NCBI GenBank assembly: GCA_051362555.1
Contig: CM120646.1
Span: 9,176,001-9,240,000, forward strand
From: Lingula anatina
Lineage: Eukaryota > Animalia > Brachiopoda
Length of the DNA stretch: 64,000 nucleotides
Direction of reading: 5' to 3'
In this document: piece by piece, positions 1-13,984 of the stretch
Numbering within the stretch: the first letter of the stretch is position 1
How the letters are laid out: each line of letters begins with the position of its first letter
Translations under genes and position numbers: made by a program
The notes under the pieces: generated by a model
Database searches by the model: none
Seen by the model: only the letters and a program-made list of their open reading frames with translations
Told to the model about the DNA's origin: nothing

Positions 1-1949
1 GCACAATTTGAAAGCAAGATAATGCAGCAATACAACGGGGAAATAGCTGCAAGTAACACTTAAGTTTGAGGTCTATCTATCGGTGAAAAGATAGGGTTCG
101 ATCTTAAACCCTATATTGATGGTGGCATGTAGCCGCCTGATGTCCACCAGGTGTGTCAGAGGTCAGTGACAACAGTGACAACTATCAAGACATGCAGAAT
201 AAAGCTAGTGACAGAGGGGACATCTGACGCCTGTTGGTATGGTTCTGGGCTTAATGTGCATGATAGTAAAACAAAGGCGGATTACAGAAAACATTACAAA
301 ATTGACCACTTGACCACCTTGTGGCCATAACTGACCCCTTGTCGAGGATATTTGAAACAAAGGCCACACCACTGGCAGCGGACATTAATTACGGCGATTG
401 TATGATTCTCTTGAGGTGTTGTGTTATCTGACCTTCACTGTCTACCATCCTTTGGGATATTTTCTTTGAAATGATAGTCTGGAAAATGGTCGATGTAATT
501 TGACTGTAAGTGTCGGGATATCTGTGTAGTTATCTGTAAACTCGCAGAGGATGTCAACGGAATAATTCATGGGTCAGTGAGCATATCGACTAAACAAAAT
601 TGAACATTAGTATGTATTAGAAGTATTAAAACATGGAAAGTATAAACAGATAAATGAGCAACTTCCCATAGAATATATGAGAATTGTGATCAGATTTGAT
701 AACTAATCAAAGTATATTGGAATATTTAGCTTGGCCTCAATGCGGTAGACCGTTAGTAGCTGGCGGAAACTGTGTTTTTACTTTAAACATTTGCGTAGAT
801 CAAAATGCCAATATAAAACCAATGATTTTGTCTAAGTGCAATGCCAATTCATAAAATCTAGAGGTTGCACACGATATTGAATAATCTATTCAGAATTTGG
901 CGAAAGCAAAAAATCGATTTACATTGGCAAGTGCAGAATAGTCTAATCTTAACTCCCACTCAAATAATAATATAATTAATTAATTTTATAGTATAACATT
1001 AACACTTGTAATTTATTATTCTACATATGTAAACATATATAAACGTATATCCTTATATATTATGTAAATAATGTAGTCTAGTGAGCCTGCTAATGTATTC
1101 ATATAATTTAGTGCTCAATAAACTTATAATTATTATTAAATATTCTAACCAAATTAATACTTGTGATCGCGGCTGGTGGCGAAAATAGATCAAAACTGTT
1201 CTCGCCTTGACTACTGTAACAGTCTACTTGTTGGCATTCCAGACTACCATAAAAACTAAAGTCCGTTTAAAAAGCATGTGCTAGATTCTTATGCAAGGCA
1301 AATAGGCCGGCGTACATTACACCAATCCTGTACCATCTTCGTTGGCTACCTATTTGACCAAGGGTGACTTCAAGTCTTAGAGTTTAATTATTATCTTTTA
1401 AGATTTTAAAAAAGGAACGCAGAGGTATACATGCATATTGCACTTAACGTCCATTATCTTAACTTTACACAATGTTACAGTTTAAGATAATTTCTTTAAG
1501 TTTTCTTTACCGTTTATTGGACTTTTATAGACATTAAAATTTGTCAACTTGTCTCGTCGTTTGTGAGACGCTTACTTTCACTTAATTCATATTTGTGTAA
1601 TTTGAGCGCATCACTAGAAGTAATACAGACTTGACATTTAATATGGAATATTTTTTCCAAAACATAATTCATCAATTTTTTTCCTATTTTGCTGACTGAT
1701 AAATGAAAATAAGGATTAAAATCGTGTTTTAATAACTTTTGATAATCGCTTCGATGTCATTGTGACCTCAGTTCATTAATTGAATTCGTCAGTAAAGCAA
1801 ACAAAAATACATTGCCTATTTTAAGTCATACGACAACCATTGAGAGCGATATTTTGGATCTCCATATTTTCCTAATTATTGTCTTTAAAAGAGTTACACG
1901 CCCCACACAGGCCCCCCATGTCAGTGTCTAGTCACAGCAACAGTCGCTG

Positions 1950-3045
1950 TTACGCTTGACCTCATCTTGCTGCTACCAGAGCTTTCAAGCCGCAAGGCAT
2001 TTCTTATGATAGGCTTTTTAGAGTTTAATCTGGAATAAAATTCCAGAATACGGTTAAAACTTGTCCAATCTGGCTCAGTTTTGATGTAGGACATGCAGGC
2101 CGTTGATTCGGCGAGTAATGACCTACCCACATATTGTCTATGTGGTTCAAATATGGCGACTTTGATGACCAAGGTAGCTACTCATTCCCTTGGTTCTGTA
2201 AGTTATCTGCTATTAAATGTGCTCTGTGTGAACCGGCAACCTCTCCCTGCAACCTAAAACTGTTCCTAAGGTGCCCCCTATCAAATAATAGTCAAGTGGT
2301 TCCCAGATTATTCCTTTATTTGATCTGGTTCAGGTTTTCATCGATGACTACCATTGGTGTTTTGGCACCAATGTGGTATCCACTCCAAATACTGACACTG
2401 TCAATGACCCTAGTCACTTAAGAAGTGGCACACGTTTCGTCGAAGGCCTCTTCAGAATGTCTGTAAACTCTATTTTGGCCAGTTTAGCGGTACAGGTGAA
2501 ATCTGACCTCAATAAAGAAAGCCACGCTGTTTCAGTGTTTTACCCAGAAACTGTCATGGTCCCCAATTCATTAGAGAAACAGACTAGGCTGCTTTGCTGT
2601 TTACAGTGGCTTCCTCAGAGGTCGCCTGGAATCCTAACCTGCTGAAATCAGTTTGGTGTTCGCGAAGAGCCTTGAAAAACAAGTTTTGGTGACAATTTGT
2701 TCCTCATTCAAAACGGACTGGGTGGTTTTGGTTAAATTGCAGTAGCATATCCTGAAGGACAGTGAGTCCTATACACTGGTGGTAAGACGTCGATGCATTG
2801 GGCTTGGTCTCTGTGTAGTGCCTCAAACTGAGCATAACTCCATAAAACTGTGTAGACCGTTCCGTTTGACAAAATAATCTGTCTGGCAATGTCTGTGTTT
2901 TTCGCGCCATTCTGGCACAGCTTAACAGTTTTGTAAAACGCTGCTTAACTCATTTTACGCACTGCAAAACCGACCGCTGGCATGCAAAATTTCAAATTCT
3001 TCTATGCAGTATTTGCCGACATATGGATACTTTTTTGACAGAACC
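1950..3045 (-). mobile_element. Decayed Tc1/mariner transposon (transposase pseudogene)
   Basis: Minus-strand translation gives VCFSNE (cf. VLFSDE), SVSIWSG (cf. SVMVWG) and LPWSSKSPYLNHIDNMW at ~2178-2128 (cf. WPSxSPDLNPIENxW), with several stops and frameshifts. A TIR-like GTTCTGTCAAAAAAGTATCCATAT at ~3043-3021 is shared with the remnant at ~8450-8472. Boundaries approximate. Confidence 0.75.
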
Positions 3046-4548
3046 ATCCTTCGCCAAAGCCAAGCTTTGACTAGCCCGAAGGAACACTGCCCAATTAAAT
3101 TACTGCATATTACACAAGGCAGCAGTGCAACAGACTTGGTAGTCAGTTAATTGGCAGCGACACACCTGACTTTACACTTTTCCAGTCAGATGTCTTATAT
3201 GAAATCTGAATTTCTTTTTAAAAGAACGCATTTTTACCTAGGTATACCTTCAAAACTGAAATATTCCATATTAAATGTCAAGTCTGTAGATGCTTTATTT
3301 GTGTCATTAGAGGCCCGTACTCGGAGTAGTACATGCCTTATTTTCCCGGGTACAAAGACGTCTTTGTTGACTGAATAAGTGCGCAATGACACACAGTTAA
3401 CACAGAAACGTCTAGAACTTAGCAAATTGAAAAATCTCATATTTTAAAGTAAAAGACAACGTCTCAATGACTGTCTTTATGTTAGCGGTGACTTCATAAC
3501 GAATGGTGACTCACGTACATCTCTAATGGCCTGGGTTATATCCCACTCAGGGCACTTTGAATTATTACCGTATTAAAGCTTATGGGCGAGTCAATCCACA
3601 GTGTTAGGATGTGTATACTTTGGAATATAGAACATATGTATCAATCAAAATCACTGTGATTGCAGAGGTGTTGAATAAGCAACGTACTAATGATGAAAAA
3701 GTCATCGAATTAGATAAAGAGAATTCTAAAAGAATTCTGTATTGATTGATGTCTCTTGCACAGCACAGTAGGCTGTTTTCTTATAGATGTTCAGATCATG
3801 ATAACAAGCCTGACTTATGCATATAGTTTCCACATCACCAGGTAACGGCTTCACTTCGCCTACTGTTTTTTTTCTTTCCCCTTTCTTCTATACTTACCTC
3901 ACACAGCAATAACGTGTACTGGCCTAGAAATAGGCTTACTAGTCATGGCCATTGAGAAGGATAAGATGAAAAAGGCGTTTATTTAAAATTGACAATGTTT
4001 CTTGGAGATCTAGTCCACTGAATGCATATACATACACGTATATTCTCACACTCACAGGTAAAACTACATGTATATACTCATTTGCCAAACTGTTGTAATA
4101 TCTACATAGGCAACAAGGAACACGTTGCCAGGATTTCTGGAAACCAAAGAGAACGAGTTGACTTCGAACGCACATAGACGCAGGTACCTGTATTGGCAAA
4201 GCTAACAGCAGATGGCAATGGTTTCTCAGTTTTATTGAACTCCATGGCATGTCTCAAAACAGCCAATACAATACTTTAAGAGAATTGAAATGACGAATTG
4301 CTTTGAAGACACTAGAATGGAACACCTTGAAAAATCAATACACTAGGAATCGCATGCTTTGTATTTCTGTGCTAAAGAGTTAAGTGCATCAACCGTGCTC
4401 GCGCTGTAAACGGCACAATGCGTCCTGGAGATATTTCAAGTTCATTGAAGAGTTTCGCTTAGATAAATTATGTGCGTTCTACGGGAAATGGGGGTTACCT
4501 AAAAATTAATTACCGTGAATTTTGATAGCCTTTATTTTTCATGTTTTC

Positions 4549-4555
4549 AAAAAAA

Positions 4556-4639
<84 letters not shown>
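4549..4639. repeat. Poly(A) run followed by (TA)n microsatellite
   Basis: About 25 A then about 33 TA units, seen directly. Confidence 0.98.
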
Positions 4640-4643
<4 letters not shown>

Positions 4644-4771
4644 GAGGCGTTTCAATGTTGTTTTATTTTTGTGTAAAAAATTAATGAAGATATATTTTTA
4701 AGACCAGCTCCAAGACCAACGTAACCCATGAAAAATTTGGTCAGTAATAAAAATGGATAATTTAATCTAAA

Positions 4772-4850
4772 CTTTCTGTTTTATTTTTCAGACGACTCCC
4801 GTACCGCTGAACATCATGTGGCCAAAAGAGGTGCATCTGCTGCCACCATG
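4772..4850 (+). promoter_or_regulatory. Splice acceptor and Kozak start context
   Basis: Polypyrimidine tract ctttctgttttatttttcAG ends at 4791; GCCACCATG has its ATG at 4848. Confidence 0.7.
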
Positions 4851-6647
4851 AAACTCAAGCAGTTTATGGCCAATACATTACCACGTGCCAGAGGAAAATC
4901 GAAACGCAAACAGCAGTCTTTATCTTCTGCCCATGAGCTGACACAAGTGCAACACACGGCAGACCAACATAACATACAGCAAAACGGACCACAGGTGGCG
5001 GTATCGGTACACATCAATAAATATGTTGCAGGAAGTGAACTTGATAACAAGGACGTGGTGCGCAATTACAGCGATCCACTTTTTGTAAATTTAAACTTCG
5101 GTGAACGCCAGAGCAAATGCGCATGCTATAAGCATGTGATCATAGACGGGCACAATTTCCCGCCATTGCACGACAAAAACGCAGAAAACTGTCCTGCGGA
5201 CTTTGATCTTACTTCCAGTTGGACAGATAACAATTACAATACACTTCCCAGAGTTAGACCAAGAATTAAAAGACGAACCCTTGGTTACCGTCTCCTAGGT
5301 CATCGCCCAGTACATCACCAGGGTCAACGCGCACGACGTCATCCACTGTCTCATTTCCGGCCGACGGCAGCCAAGCAGCACTGGAAGATTCTGCACTGGA
5401 AGAGCCAAGCTCAACTTCGGGTGAGTGTAACGAGGAATCCAAAGAGCTATCTAAAACGAAGGATTATTTCCCCACAGATCATCTTTGTGGTGAAATGCCG
5501 TCGCTTGACAGCTCAATTGACGTCGATGACCTCTGATAGCGGGCGGTTCTCTATGACTGGAAGTGGTGTGAGTTCTTTGGTCAGTTCCATCATGTCTGAT
5601 GGCTGTGAGCCAGTGACCAGTCAAGCACCAGCATTACCACCTTCAGACGTGAAGCCCCTAGAGGCAATATGTTTGTCAGATGCCGTACAAACACCAGATA
5701 TAATCTGTGATACAAATGAAAGTCGCCTATCAGCTTTATCTCAAGCACCAGACATATACATTCGCACTGAAGCAGGACAGAGCGTACAAGAAGAAGTAGA
5801 AGAAGAACCAGATCTCCTGATTCAGTCTCAAGGTCTCATTCCCAATGATGATGAAGAAGATATAAACTATGAGGAATTGTTTGAAAAGAACATCGAATTG
5901 GTGACCTCGGAGAGCGGCTTTTCTTTCGACCAGTGTCTCATAGATGAAGAGGGCAGTCTAAGTGACGACTTCCTGGAGTCAGGAGTGGACATTTTTGCTG
6001 ATGAGTGTACAGATGAGTTTCTCTTTCAAACGGCAACAGGCCGTGATTTTGAAGATAAAACTGACAGGTTTGAGACCTGTGATAACCAACAAGAGGAACA
6101 TGGTGCTGTAAACGTGCAGGAAGGCCAACTGCTGGGATGCATGGGAGTTACTACGATCAACTTGTTGAGGATATCTGCAAAGACGCCATTGCAGCTGCTA
6201 AAATCGAAATCAAGACTGAAATCGATTATCCATCGAAATTAAATCCTTCAGATGACTGTTGTATTAATGAACCCGCTTCGGGTCGAGATAAATATACTGC
6301 GTCGCTGGTGAATAAGAGTAAAAGTTTTCGTACTGATACAGAGCCTACAAGAAAAAGTGAGGCGTTTGAAGGCCGGTAGACGCATCATTGAAGAGAAAAT
6401 AAGAGAGGCTCAGGAAGAGGAGCAGCTTCGTCTTGGACAGCGCATCCGCTTCCAGAGGCAAATCACACTCCACCGGAAAGAGATGTTGCTTAAAACTCTG
6501 GGATATTTACGGGAAAAGTTGGCAGACCAATGTACACGCCTGCAAGCCAGCTATAATAACGTGCTAGAGATGCAGAGAAATATCTTTCGACAGCATTCTC
6601 GTGGCGACTTAATGCTAAGCGGGTCAACATTTGAGCTCACTGTGTGA
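4848..6647 (+). CDS. Uncharacterised protein (~600 aa) with Ser-rich and acidic middle and C-terminal coiled coil; four apparent frameshifts
   Basis: Kozak ATG. The protein-like path is MKLKQF...RPRI / KTNPWLPSPRSSPS...MPSLDSS (5270-5515, other frame) / LTSMTSDSGRFS...acidic / GSYYDQLVEDICKDAIAAAK (from ~6143) / QSLQEKVRRLKAGRRIIEEKIREAQEEE...FELTV, stop at 6647. The frame path is inferred from composition. Confidence 0.7.
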
Positions 6648-7749
6648 ACTATCCAAGTTCAAAAACCAAATGTACAAAACGAAACGCTTGGGCGCCCAGA
6701 AGGCAAGCTAAAGAGTGCAATGTAATGAAAAGAAATCAAAAAAGGAAATCGTGATGAGAATATTCTAACACAAGTCGTGTTACTTTATACTTGAGCTGAA
6801 TCACGTAACGAGGGTACATAAATTGGTAATATATGTATATTGAACATCACGCTAGTATGTGCTATGTGAATAACAATTTTTTGTCAATTTACATGAGTAT
6901 GTGAAGTAGGTTAATACATTCATATATGTTGGCTTTTCAAAACGTACCAGAATAATACTGTGCAGAACATTGATTACTTGAAAATGTAAACTTGATGCTT
7001 GGCATGTTCATCACGGTCATGTTGATATCAAACAAAACAAGGAATTTGTTTGTCTAAGATCGATGTGCTGATATGTAATATTGAGTATTCACATGTAAAT
7101 TATTGTAGGTGTGAAGATACCGTAGTGCAATTTAATTCATTATAAAGGAGATCGGTAAATCATTATTTTCATCATATGAGTCTAACACAATGTAAAGCAT
7201 TTTTAAAATGCGACTATGTAGTGACTGAATGTGGGATGCTGCCGGTTTATTAATGTTAAGCTTTTAATATTCCATACTGATATCTCTATAGTGCTTCACA
7301 TATGCAAGAACATGTACATGTACAATGCAAATTACGTTACGTGTTACCATATCAGAAGTTCATTGAAAATGACACGGCTTTCACGACAATCTTCAACTTC
7401 AGAGACATCTAGGGGAATAAGTTGAAGACCAAAGAAACTTGATGCCCATTGTTTATGCAGGTTTTAGCCTGCAGCTAATTAGATATTATTTTAATGAGTA
7501 CTGATATCACCGCCTGTTGGCAAAATATTATGTATTCTGAGACTACAGATCTACAAGCCCACATGTGCATGATGTCTTTCAGAAAGTAGGTTGTGGTATT
7601 TGAAGTATTTAATTATTATAGTTATTTTGTTGCTTTTCCCGTCTTTTAATTTTCTGTGATATTTGGATACATTTGTGGTCTGGAACTGTGTTAGAGGTAT
7701 GTCATATACACCATATCCACTTCAAAGCCGTGTGGACTGTATAATGTAT

Positions 7750-8472
7750 CCAAGGTGCCAAACGTAGGAATTCTCCGAGAAAACTAACACTTATGAAGAA
7801 TTTCTCTTTAGACTACCTGGGGTAAACGACATTTGTCTAATCAACATTTGGTCCACCTTTCACGACAGTTGCCATAAATGTGCTACAATCTTGGAAATAA
7901 GCAATTCTTTTATAGCGTGGTCGGGTTTTTCAATGGCCGTCATCACTTTAAGCACTAAGTTACTGGTTGAGCGTGAATCAAAACTGTGTCAAGATGTTAA
8001 ACAGGTGGCAAGGTTTGATATATCAAATAATTTTGGCAACATTTAATGATGGCATTTACCTGTAAAAAAGACCATAAAGCTGTTCTTAGATATTTTTAAC
8101 AAGAAGTGATTTATGTACTTGTAAGTAAAAAAAACGTGTATTAAAATATTGCGCTTTGTCTCTTAAAACGCATTTTTCACATTGCACTTTCGGCCATGCA
8201 GCTCAACTTCTGCTTTTCCTGGTGAAAAGTCTGGGCTGCTTTGGTCGGGGCCTCTGCGTAGGTACACCGGTTTGGGCATACCTGTACTTGTAAGACTGCA
8301 GACTGTTCCTCGTGACACAATAATCCGTCTAGCAATGTCTAGCTGCTTCGTACCAGTCGGATGTGGAGCAACAATGAGGTGACAAACGGTTTAACTAGGT
8401 GCATTTGTTTGCAAATTTTTAAAACTTTCTCTGCAGCGGTTTTCAAAATATGGAGACATTTTTGACAGAACC
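7750..8472 (-). mobile_element. Highly decayed Tc1-like remnant (N-terminal HTH region)
   Basis: Minus translation GTKQLDIARRIIVSRGTV resembles the Tc1 HTH; VLVFSENS near 7790; TIR-like motif at 8450-8472 resembles 3021-3044. Confidence 0.45.
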
Positions 8473-8951
8473 CAACTCTGTTTTATCCATGCTACATGTA
8501 GGACCACCCCAAAGAAAACTACTTCTACTACCCAATGAAATCACCACATATTACGTAACATATTATGTAACACGTCTGATATACTTGACTACAAATTTCT
8601 CTATTCATATATCTTATGTGAGTAACAAGTTTAAAAATACATTTAACCTAGACATAGTCCTTAAACTGATATATACTCCCCTAGCAAAAAGTGTCACCCC
8701 TAACGCTATGCGTAAATTGATATTGAAAATCATGTCATGAACCAATGTTCTATATTCAACTTATAAACGAAAACTTTTACATAAATTTACAGATTGTTCA
8801 ACCAATGAATTAACTAACCATAGTCTAAAAATACAAGCCACATTTTAGTTTTTTGTACAGTATCCTCTGGATTGGAGGACTCACCTGTCGCACCTGTGCG
8901 TGGAGTCAAAAAGTTCTGTAATGTTTGCGGAGTTCTGGCGTACGTTCCTTA

Positions 8952-10105
8952 AACCCCCTTTACACTGGACGGCGTCCTTTTTGCGTCCTTTGTGCGACCA
9001 TGAAACTGGCCAGGACGACGCCGTCGGACGCTCAAAGAACGCACAGTGATCGCCAAGGTCGCACAAAGAACGTTCAAGCATCGCCGAGGACGCCATGGAC
9101 GCCGCGAAGTTTTGAGCATGTTCAAAACAATCGCAGAGAGAACGCGATGGAGGATGGTCGCTCAATGGACGCAGAAAGGACGCACAAGCATCGCCGTGGT
9201 CGCAGAGAGGACGCACAAGCATCGCCCCGGTTGTAGAAAGGAGGCACAAGCATCGCTTTGGTTGCAGAATGAAAACGCAAAGATCGTCCAGTGTTCGGCA
9301 CGTAGAACACTATTTTTTCACTGTCAAACAGGGCCGTGCTGAGGTATTTTTCACCAGACAGGAATTCTAAGGGCAACAGTGGTCTCATATAAGCCTCCGA
9401 TTGTTTTTTCCCCTAAAATACATGAAACGATCCATTTTTGTTTAGGTTATTACAAAACGAATATTTTGCCTTTTTTAACAAGATGCATTAATTGTCAGAA
9501 CTTTTTTGCAGAATGCGTCATTTGAAAACGGATTCGAATATTCTGTGTTGTGTCAGTCACACTTTTTCGTTTTCGGCACCTGTCCATCCTTCTTATAAGA
9601 ATAAAAATGAGCATCTGGCTGATTATCAGTCCATGCAGACCTTACATCATTATAGTTTAAAGCGTTTATTCCCATTTATTTGTTTTGTGTGATGGAAATG
9701 TTCTTTATTGGATGACCTGGTTAGAACCGATGAAAAAATATGAGTTACAATATAGAGAAGGACGCCTAAACAACGCTCATCGGTCAAGCAGAATGCATAA
9801 TGATCGTAGAATAGAGCCACTGATCGCCGATGATAGTGCAGAAAACGCAGCAAGGATGCTCAATGGTTGCTCAAGCATCGCAGTGGACGCCTTGGGTTGC
9901 ACAGGGGACGTACAGTGGAGGCAGGCAGGTGGCTCGCAGTTTTACAGGTAAAATCAAGATTCGGTCGTTCAAAGGACGCACAAGGGACACAGACGCCTTT
10001 ACACTGAGACACGATTTAATTGCTTCGGCGACCGTTGAGCGTCCTGACCACATTTTTGAACGCAGAAGGGACGCAGAAAGGACGCCGTCCAGTGTAAAGG
10101 GGCCC
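8952..10105. mobile_element. PIF/Harbinger-type non-autonomous element (MITE), 1154 bp
   Basis: TIRs of ~37 bp with core CCCCTTTACACTGGACGGCGTCCTTT; 3-bp TTA duplication at 8949-8951 and 10106-10108; internal repeated CAAGCATCGC motifs; no transposase. Confidence 0.88.
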
Positions 10106-10169
10106 TTATACAGTTAAAGATAGTATGAGATAATTTTGCTTGCTCAGTTATCCGTCAGTTATCATTTTC

Positions 10170-10800
10170 CGCGGATATCCTACACATCCTTAATGAAGGC
10201 CTGATCAAGGAATTGTGCTGGACATTGGGGGTGGTGGAGGGTCTGGATTTGGTTCGCATACAACAAGCCTACTGTTACATTGATTGTACGTGGAGCAACA
10301 TTAATATGCTGAAACATGAATGGATGATCATATTCCCCGAAGATATTCTCGACAAAATTATTTAAGTTCCCTTTCCAGCACTTGGATCCCAGGCTCTGTG
10401 TTGAGGTTTCCGTTGACCACTGCCTGCTCGCTAACACAATATATATATAGTAGGCAATCCACCCCATACACGACTTCGACCAGTGACAGAGAATTGAGAT
10501 TATACTTCTTACCTGCTGTTCTCCAAACCCTTACGCGTCCTTAAATTCTGACAACAGAAAACCTGCTTTCCCCTGAGAACAGTGTCAATGTCCAGTTATT
10601 GGCTGGTGTCCATGTCAGAGTTCCAGTATACCACCTGACTCGACGTAGACGATTCCTGGCAGTGATCACTGGTCTTCTAACAGAAACCCTGCCAAGATAA
10701 CGGCAGTTGTGCAGACGCCTTTTGACGGCAAACTCAGAAACATGGTATGCCCTGTTCTAGTAAAGTGTTGAATTCAGGTCCCTAAATGTCATGAAACGTT
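10170..10800 (-). mobile_element. Decayed Tc1 transposase remnant
   Basis: Minus translation gives LFSGESRF, GRVRVWR, RVWGG, FMFQHINVAP (cf. FQxDNAxPH) and CPAQFLDQAFIKDV* (cf. WPAQSPDLNPIENVW), broken by stops and frameshifts. Confidence 0.75.
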
Positions 10801-10854
10801 TAACACTCTCTCCTCTCTAGGTGTTGTTTCCTTTTGTCGCCCTTACCAGACAAG

Positions 10855-12330
10855 ATTGATTATTGATTACAAATAGCATGGACATGTAGAATATTTGATT
10901 ACCATTCGGCTTCATGTCCATGGGAGCTCTGAGTCCCACAATGAATATGCCAAAAAGTTAATGAATATTTCACTCAAATGTATAACTTCCAGAAAAAGAA
11001 GCCAATTAGACTGCTTTTCCAACTCAGGCTGCATTTTAGTACAGCGTTTCTTTTTTTAAGGTTTGACAGTCGTAAGTAACACGATTTTCCCATCATGGTC
11101 ATCATGACAGCAGCACCAAAATTGTGTTTTCTTCTATTTTGAAGCAACATTACATAATGCTTAACAGCATATATGACCATCAATTTTTATTTAATAGAAT
11201 ATTAGTAACATGGACTTTCAGAAAACATGACAAGCAAAGGTCTTCAGGATCATGGAACTTCAAAGTCACACCTTGAAAATGCCAATAAGTGAAAAATTAA
11301 ATTTTCACAAAAAACTGTTTAACTGCCAGAAAAAATACCAAACAGACTGCATTGCCTACTGAAGCTGTATTTTAGACCCATATTTCTTTCCTGTAAGTTT
11401 GATAACAGTAAGTGACATGATTTTCTTTAAATGGTCATCATGGGAGCAGTGCCTAAAATATGGGTTTCTTCGAATCTTGATGCAATATTACATAATGTTT
11501 AACAGCATAATGACCATCAATTTTTAATCATAAAATATTAGTATCATGGATATTCAGAAAATGTGACTAGCAAAGATCTGCAGGCTCATGGAACTTCAAA
11601 GTCATATCTTAAAAATGCCAAACTGTAAAAAAGACAGCACTGTTCTGAAATGAGTTTATTTCCATTTTAACACTTTTTAAACAAAACAAAATAAACAGTA
11701 TACTTCCATTTTTATATGACCAACTAAGAAAATTGAACTCAACCTGCACTTTAGTAAGATTGACCACTCCTGTAAGTATAATGACAATTGGCCTATCTGT
11801 TTTTCTTATATAGTGTTATCAGTGTTGCGTATATGTTGAAAAAAGTGAAAAAATAGCATAACTCCCCTAAAAATGGCTTGATCATGCTGATTTTCGAACT
11901 TGATCTGCGGATTATGAATCTTCATCAGTTTTGTAAGTTTCAAGCCAAAAAGTAAAGCGGTTTTCCAGTTATCGTGTTATCGGTGCTGTATATATGCTGA
12001 AAAAAGAGAAAAAGTAGCCTAAATTCACTAAAAATGACCCAATCATGCCGATTTTCGAACTTGACCTGCGTATTATGAATATTTATCAGTTCTGTAAGTT
12101 TCAAGCCAAAAAGTAAAATGGTTTTCCACTTATCATGTTATCGGTGCTGCATTTATGCTGAAAAAAGAGAAAAAATAGCCTAAATTCACTAAAAATGACC
12201 CAATCACGCTGATTTTCGAACTTGACCTGCGTATTATGAATATTCATCAGTTCTGTAAGTTTCAAGCCAAAAAGTAAAACAGTTTTCCACTTATCGTGTT
12301 ATCGGTGCTTCATTTATGCTGAAAAAAGTG
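10855..12330 (-). mobile_element. Truncated copy of the non-autonomous Helentron (HINE) core
   Basis: Collinear with 13910-16220; contains ~337-bp units and three ~160-bp units (ATCATGCTGATTTTCGAACTTG-like at 11881, 12042, 12202); no termini seen. Confidence 0.75.
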
Positions 12331-12888
12331 AAACAAGGCAGCAAAGCTGTCAAATGTACAGACAAAAAACAGAAAATAAAGATGCAAAAAAGGTCATTTT
12401 GTCAATTTTGATGCAATAATAAATAATGCTTATAATCGCACTGTCAGTCAACACTGAATTTTAATCTTGCACAACAGGTAACATGGTCAATAACAGGAGC
12501 GGACCCAGAGATATTTTCTGACAGTATTACAAAGTATCTATGTTGATCCATCCTCCATTTTGATAGTCTTCCAACAGAAAAAAATAGATACCAGTCAATA
12601 TAAACTTAATAACCTGACTGTCTTCAGGAAGACCCAGAAGATGGTCCACCCCTTCAATAAAATTACAGTTTCAGGACCATGAGAGTTCAAATTCACATTA
12701 TGAAACTCTCAATATTTGAAAAATGATGACAGTGCATAAAATAATATTACATAATGTTTAAAGACATAAAAAACAATACAACTGCTTATGTGGAAATACA
12801 GAAAATGTGCAGAGCCCCAGGCAGATGAGAGTTAAAAGTCACAAATGAAAGTGTTTGAGAAAAAATTATAAAGGAAAACATAACAAAG

Positions 12889-13122
12889 CTAGAAAAGCAC
12901 TTTGAGAGTGCAGACCTCTGCCAAGGCAGCAATTGTTGATGATTATTGATAATTGATTGATTATTGTTCCAGACCACCACCAAAAATTAATCATTGTTCT
13001 CTTTGGCCCACTTCCGACAGTTCCTGAAAATTTCTGCAAAATCAGTCCATAACTTTTTGTGTTATGTGGATGACAGACAAACGGGGGTGAAAATATGACC
13101 TCTTTGGCAGAGCTTGAGGTAA
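12889..13122 (-). mobile_element. Short HINE of a second family, nested in the larger one
   Basis: CTAGAAAAGCACTTTGAGAGTGCAGACCTCTGCCAAGG at one end; GACAGACAAAC microsatellite and ACCTCTTTGGCAGAG...GAGGTAA at the other (inverted CTCTGCCAA/TTGGCAGAG). Confidence 0.7.
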
Positions 13123-13168
13123 ATATAATTCCAATGAAGATGCTATTCAAACTTTTAATCTTCCAGTT

Positions 13169-13170
<2 letters not shown>

Positions 13171-13245
<75 letters not shown>
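13171..13245. repeat. (TA)n microsatellite
   Basis: About 37 AT units, seen directly. Confidence 0.98.
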
Positions 13246-13250
<5 letters not shown>

Positions 13251-13984
13251 TAAAACTTATTTGCAATATTAAACAAATTTACCTGCATAATTATCACTGC
13301 TTCCTTATTATTAATCTAGCAGAGAGCTTTGGGAGTTTACAGGGAAATATCAACAAGTGTGCTTTATGTAATCTCATTTAATGGCCTATTAAGGCAAATG
13401 ACTTTATAACTCTGAAATTAATCTAGTGATACCCAAGGGTAATTTACAGACTGACCCACTCAAAGGTCTTTAGGCCCATAAGTCACACTTTAAGAAAAGC
13501 ACAAAACCATAATGCCCAAAATAGGAGACTACCAATCCTGATGCAATAATACATTATGTTTAACTGCACAGTCAACATCAACTTATGCACAACAGGTAAC
13601 ACAGACGAAATTAAAAGCATAAGGCTTCAGGCCCATCGGAGTTCAAGTTTATACTTAGAAAGTGCCAGAATGAGAAAAATGAAAATTTCACAAAAAATGC
13701 ATAAATTCAATAAAAATGATAATCCAATAGAGCTGGTTTTCTCATATGAGCTGAAGGCCAATCCTAAAAATCGTACTTGTAAGTTAAAAATGATAATAAG
13801 TAGCACAGTTTTCTTTTCATAATGTTTGCAGTAGCAGTGCAAAAATATTGTTGTCAATTTTGATGTAACATTACATAATAAATTAGAGAATAATTATCAC
13901 CAATTTTTGTTTATTGACTATAAATAGGATGGACATGTAGAAAATATGATTACCATTCGGCTTCATGTCCATGGGAGCTCTGAG

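Noticed and set aside
1453-1491. 10-bp inverted repeat ATTATCTTAA...TTAAGATAAT
   Set aside because: It is short and AT-rich, expected by chance, with no TSD or second copy.
5262-5275. Canonical -1 ribosomal frameshift signal
   Set aside because: There is no X XXY YYZ heptamer in the reading frame and no obvious downstream structure.
8881-10117. Overlapping 60-122-aa ORFs
   Set aside because: They lie in GC-rich repetitive MITE arms and have no recognisable domain.
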